Below, one piece after another: positions 61,383 through 64,000 of a stretch of 64,000 nt of DNA. Numbering within the stretch: the stretch's first letter is position 1; the number at the start of each line of letters is the position of its first letter. Made by a program: the position numbers and the translations under genes. The stretch is from assembly GCA_043228905.1 (NCBI GenBank), contig JBHGNT010000005.1, positions 21,452,001 through 21,516,000 on the forward strand, read 5' to 3'. The notes beneath the pieces were generated by a model. That model was not told the origin of the DNA, searched no databases, and worked only from the letters and a program-made list of their open reading frames with translations. The stretch is from Azolla caroliniana. Lineage: Eukaryota > Plantae > Polypodiophyta.

Positions 61383-61650
61383 ATACGTAATCGAGGTATA
61401 TACCTCTAGGCACACGAAACATCCACAAATAAGAGATCATCGTAATACGCAATTGAGGTATTGACCTCTTACGCATACGAGACCAACCGCATATCGTTTA
61501 CAACAAATCAAGGTATTAAACTCATACGCAAACGTAACATATGTTCGTGAACGTAATACGTAATTGAGGTATTAACCTCGTATGCATACGACACTCATCA
61601 CATATTATTAATATGTCAAATGAGGTATTGACCTCATGCACATATGTAAA
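61383..61650. repeat. Five short palindromic repeats (GAGGT-N4-ACCTC), 55-62 bp apart, in the gypsy leader
   Basis: Cores at 61393, 61455, 61510, 61566 and 61622. Confidence 0.8.
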
Positions 61651-62349
61651 TGTTTTAGATAATCAATTAAAGACCACTACAACATCATTGACTTAATGAA
61701 AAAAATTGACATATAAACTAAACACATGATTAGATGGGAGAAGAGAGAATAGAAAAAAAAATTATGGAAAGAGTTACCGAAGTTCTTTGTTGATCGTTGT
61801 CTGGATCAAGGCCGACCGCACAACGATCGATCAGAATCAATCAAAAGACAAATGAAAAACAAAGAAACATTAGTACATAAATCTAATACCAAATATTAGA
61901 GATCTAAGTACTAAAGTAAGCTTAAGATAAGGATAAACAAATGATAGATAGAAAGGAGAAAAAGAAAGAAGGGTGCCGATCCACCTGACCACCCCCGAGC
62001 GAAGGGATCGAGACGGACTCGAGCCTCCATCGGCGTCCCATACCACCGCCGTGGCGTCGAGTCGTACCTGGTGTTGGCGCGCTCGCAACAAGAATTGACC
62101 CACCACAAGAGCAGAGTCTCGATGTAGTTAAAAAGATGATCAAATGAGGGTAGTTAGGCCTCTTATTTATAGCGATACCCAAGGCCCCCATGCAAGTTCA
62201 CACTTGACCTAATGGGTTGTCTCAATCTCGAGGATTAAAAGTAATCCTCCCCTTCTTTACACTCTCGTTTAACCCTCACACTTATCCACGTGTATAGAAT
62301 ACTACGGTAAATTCTCACCACGGGATATTAAATGGTCATGCCCGTAACA

Positions 62350-64000
62350 CTTCGGGTGCTTCATTGAGGAAGAAGGTCATGTTATTGCGCGAGGGCGCAG
62401 AGATGGGAGGATGTTCATCCTCGACTCTATTGACGGTGGCACCGCAATGTTTGCGAAGGGACAAAAATTTGAGTCGGACATCGACTTATGGCACAAGCGG
62501 ATAGGCCACGTCAACTACTAGCGGCTTCAAGACCTGCAATGGAAACAAGTGGTGTTCGGATTGCCCAAATTTAGTGGCCGGAAGGCACAAATTTGTGAAG
62601 CTTGCCAGCTTGGGAAGCAACACCGACTTCCTTTCCCCAACGAGCGGAACCGGTGCCGGAACAAGCTCGACCTGATACACTCCGATGTGTGGGGGCCGGC
62701 ACAAAACGTTAGTCTTGGTGGGAGCCGATATTTCGTCTCCTTCATCGACGACTACACGCGACACACGTGGATCTAACTCATTGAGAGGAAGAGCGAAGTC
62801 CTCGACTGTTTCCGGAACCTCAAAGGGTTCGTGGAAACGGAAACAGGGAGAAAGATCAGGTGCTTGTAGTTGGATGGTGGAAAAGAATACTTTTCCGGTC
62901 AATTCAACGGTTATCTACAACAGATGGGAATTCGACGCGAATTCAGTTGTAGATACACGCCGGAGCAAAACGGCATGGCCGAGAAGAAAAATCGGTCAGT
63001 TGTGGAAGCGGCACGGGCAATGTTGGAGGAGAAGAGCTTGCCCAAGTTCTACTGGCCGAGGCGGTAAGGACCGCGGTATACATCCAGAACCGAATCGGAG
63101 ACAAAACGTCGGCGCACGGGCTATATTTCGGACCGAAGCCGAACTTGCGACACTTATGAGTTTTCGGTAGCATTGCGTATGTGCATGTGCCGAAGGAGAA
63201 ATGGAAGAAGCTGGACACAAAGGCCGGGAAATGTATCTTGGTCGGTTACTCGGACGAGAAGAAGGGTTATAAGTGTTATAACCCGCGCACCAAACAAGCA
63301 CGCGTGAGCCGCGACGTTGTGTTTGATGAGTCCGCGTCCTGGTACTTGCCCCCGACTCCGGATCTCAACTCCAATCTGAGCTCTGACGATGAGGCCAGCA
63401 AGACTGAGATGCCTCCGAATGAGCCTGAAATCGGGACCCGCGAAGAGTGTCCGATTTCGTTTCGGTTAAGTGGACCGAATGGATGACTGAGTCGATTCGA
63501 CCAGTCCGATGAAGAGCTGGCGAGTAGTGGAGAGTCGACCGTGCATTCCCCACGCAGGAAGCCGAGGAGACAGCTTACGCGCAAAGAGAAAGGGAAGAAG
63601 GTGTCGGATTCCGGCACGGATAGGAACGAGTTAGACCGACGCGAGTACGACTCCGAGGGAAGCGGTGATGGGTCTTCAAGAGCGAAGTCCGCGCCGGCCG
63701 AGAAGACCTCGACATCGGCTAATGATAGATTATGCCGATCTACCCGCCAGAAGAACCCAGTTGTGCAGTTTGGATACAACGAGTACAGGGCGCATCATTA
63801 TGCGTACATGACTCGTGTAGCGGGAGTGCGTGAGCCGGAGAGCTATGTAGAAGCGGCTAAGGACACGAATTGGCGCGCCGCGATGGAGGAAGAGATGCAC
63901 GCATTGGTAGAAAACGAGACCTGGGACCTGGTTGACGCATCGAAAGGTGTGAAGCCGATCAGATGTAGGTGGGTGTACAAGGTCAAGTACAACACCGAAA
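62350..64000 (+). mobile_element. Degraded Ty1/copia pol (GAG-pre-integrase, integrase, start of RT), continues beyond the window
   Basis: LWHKRIGH, CEACQLGKQ, HSDVWGP, DGGKEY, KLDTKAGKCILVGY, AMEEEMHALVENETWDLV. Confidence 0.92.

Larger units (their letters stand above)
50380..62349 (-). mobile_element. Ty3/gypsy chromovirus-like element (5' LTR 61894-62349, long leader, gag-pol 54703-50380), interrupted by a copia; 3' LTR not found
   Basis: Decayed PBS ATCTAATACCA at 61881-61891; gag with [37 protein letters not shown], RNase H ETDASDYAIG, IN and chromodomain PERILDVKTK..F.I.W; several stops and frameshifts. Confidence 0.85.

Noticed and set aside
61383-61650. CRISPR-like array of palindromic repeats
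   Set aside because: Repeats are degenerate, spacers are related to each other, there are no cas genes, and it lies within a plant retrotransposon leader.
18983-62349. LTRs at 19 kb and 62 kb as the two ends of one giant element
   Set aside because: They are clearly diverged, host genes lie between them, and the sequence after the 19-kb PPT does not continue the chromodomain broken at 50380.

Overview
AT-rich, TE-dense nuclear DNA of a land plant. A fern or other seed-free plant is inferred from the style of the PLS-PPR and ANK-TM proteins and from a plastid psbD insert that carries unedited C-to-U sites. Host genes: the terminal exon of a GT23 alpha-1,6-fucosyltransferase-like gene, an intronless SYP12/PEN1-like syntaxin, a tRNA-Leu(CAG) with a damaged acceptor stem, a PLS-E type PPR gene without DYW, and an intronless ankyrin-repeat/transmembrane (ACD6/ITN1-like) gene. 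The rest is a 5'-truncated LINE with TSD, a foldback/MITE nested in a TIR element, and a deep nest of Ty3/gypsy (chromovirus-like) and Ty1/copia LTR elements from about 34.9 kb to the end. One copia (55122-60623) is very young and intact. Most notable observations: (1) tRNA-like Pol III A/B-box cassettes sit antisense at the outer end of several different gypsy LTRs; (2) an 86-bp psbD plastid insert preserves two unedited RNA-editing codons; (3) a patchwork of locally templated duplications lies at 33.0-34.9 kb; (4) a (TTAGGG)7 tract and paired W-boxes lie in the syntaxin promoter; (5) repeated near-perfect hairpins lie upstream of the PPR gene. All calls were made by eye from sequence and recalled family motifs; no searches were run.
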